Virus record (IMG/VR): IMGVR_UViG_2863177392_000001 | Location: 2,579 to 66,578 of that record | Direction: 5' to 3' (one strand) | DNA: 64,000 nucleotides | Source: a virus | Part shown: positions 63,537-64,000 of the stretch, in pieces | Layout: each line of letters begins with the position of its first letter | Numbering within the stretch: the stretch's first letter is position 1 | The notes under the pieces: model-generated | Seen by the model: only the letters and a program-made list of their open reading frames with translations | Told to the model about the DNA's origin: nothing | The model's database searches: none | Program-made: the position numbers and the translations under genes

Positions 63537-64000
63537 CCGGCACCCCCATCATCGACCCGGCCATCAGCCGCTTCCTCCTCACCTTCGAGGTCGGACACCT
63601 CACCTCCGACCAGCAGGCAGGCACCCTGTGCACCTGGTGCGACCAGCCTCTCCAGGCCGACGCCATCGACCTCGGAGGCACCGACGGCTGGCGCCCCCAC
63701 AGCTGCCCCGCCTGCTATCTGACCCGCAAGACGTGGCATGAGACGTACTTCGCCTGGCTCAGCCACACAGAGCAGTGCGAGTACTGCGCCCGTAACGGCT
63801 CCTGCCGGGTCGCCTACGGCCGCCGTGTCCAGCACGAGCAGGCCCGCCAGGCGGCGGGCAAGCCACCGATCTCATGCGCCGCCTGCCTGCAGCGGGTGCA
63901 GCGCACTCACCTGGTGGTGCCGTTCATCGCCAGGGGACTCAGCGCGACGCGGCCCATGGTCGCCCACCTTGGGCCGTGCCCGTCGAGGAGGCCCGCATGA
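63533..64000 (+). CDS. Cys-rich putative Zn-binding protein
   Basis: Several CxxC motifs; coupled. Confidence 0.6.
   Translation: MTGTPIIDPAISRFLLTFEVGHLTSDQQAGTLCTWCDQPLQADAIDLGGTDGWRPHSCPACYLTRKTWHETYFAWLSHTEQCEYCARNGSCRVAYGRRVQHEQARQAAGKPPISCAACLQRVQRTHLVVPFIARGLSATRPMVAHLGPCPSRRPA

Larger units (their letters stand above)
1..64000. mobile_element. Temperate siphovirus-like Streptomyces (pro)phage carrying a TraB-type conjugal transfer module; boundaries not determined and probably extend beyond the window
   Basis: Syntenic replication, terminase-portal-capsid-tail-tape measure and lysin-holin modules; tightly overlapping small ORFs. Whether 60.5-64 kb still belongs to the phage is uncertain. 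Confidence 0.9.

Noticed and set aside
1-64000. Integrase, att sites, tRNA/rRNA genes, reverse transcriptase/DGR, transposase
   Set aside because: No recognisable motifs or structures were found by eye; a tRNAscan/HMM search and flanking sequence would be needed to exclude them.

Overview
High-GC actinobacterial DNA (codon usage, WhiB, TraB and in-frame TTA codons point to Streptomyces). Almost the whole window is one temperate siphovirus-type (pro)phage. From left to right: an early recombination/replication region (PD-(D/E)XK exonuclease, Gp3-like protein, DnaQ-like exonuclease, RuvC-like resolvase, WhiB, DUF2303 pair, a DnaB-N/RecA-type helicase followed by an iteron-like repeat cluster); accessory genes; a Streptomyces plasmid-type conjugal transfer module (Spd-like membrane proteins, TraA-like protein, FtsK/SpoIIIE-type TraB); a complete-looking head and tail module; an antisense 7-kb operon with three glycosyltransferases and two NDP-sugar epimerase/dehydratases; a lysis cassette; a small extra structural cassette; and a HAD hydrolase/XRE-TPR regulator module. 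No integrase, immunity repressor or att site was recognised in the window. The most notable signals are: (1) a virion-encoding phage carrying a TraB conjugation module, with about 17 GTAGCG motifs hidden in rare codons next to traB (candidate clt); (2) the glycosylation operon; (3) paired 15-bp palindromes (CCTTCGAWTCGAAGG) with 31/63/31-bp spacing ahead of the terminase, portal and lysin/glycosylation promoters. All protein calls come from motif recognition by eye and synteny; no database search was run.
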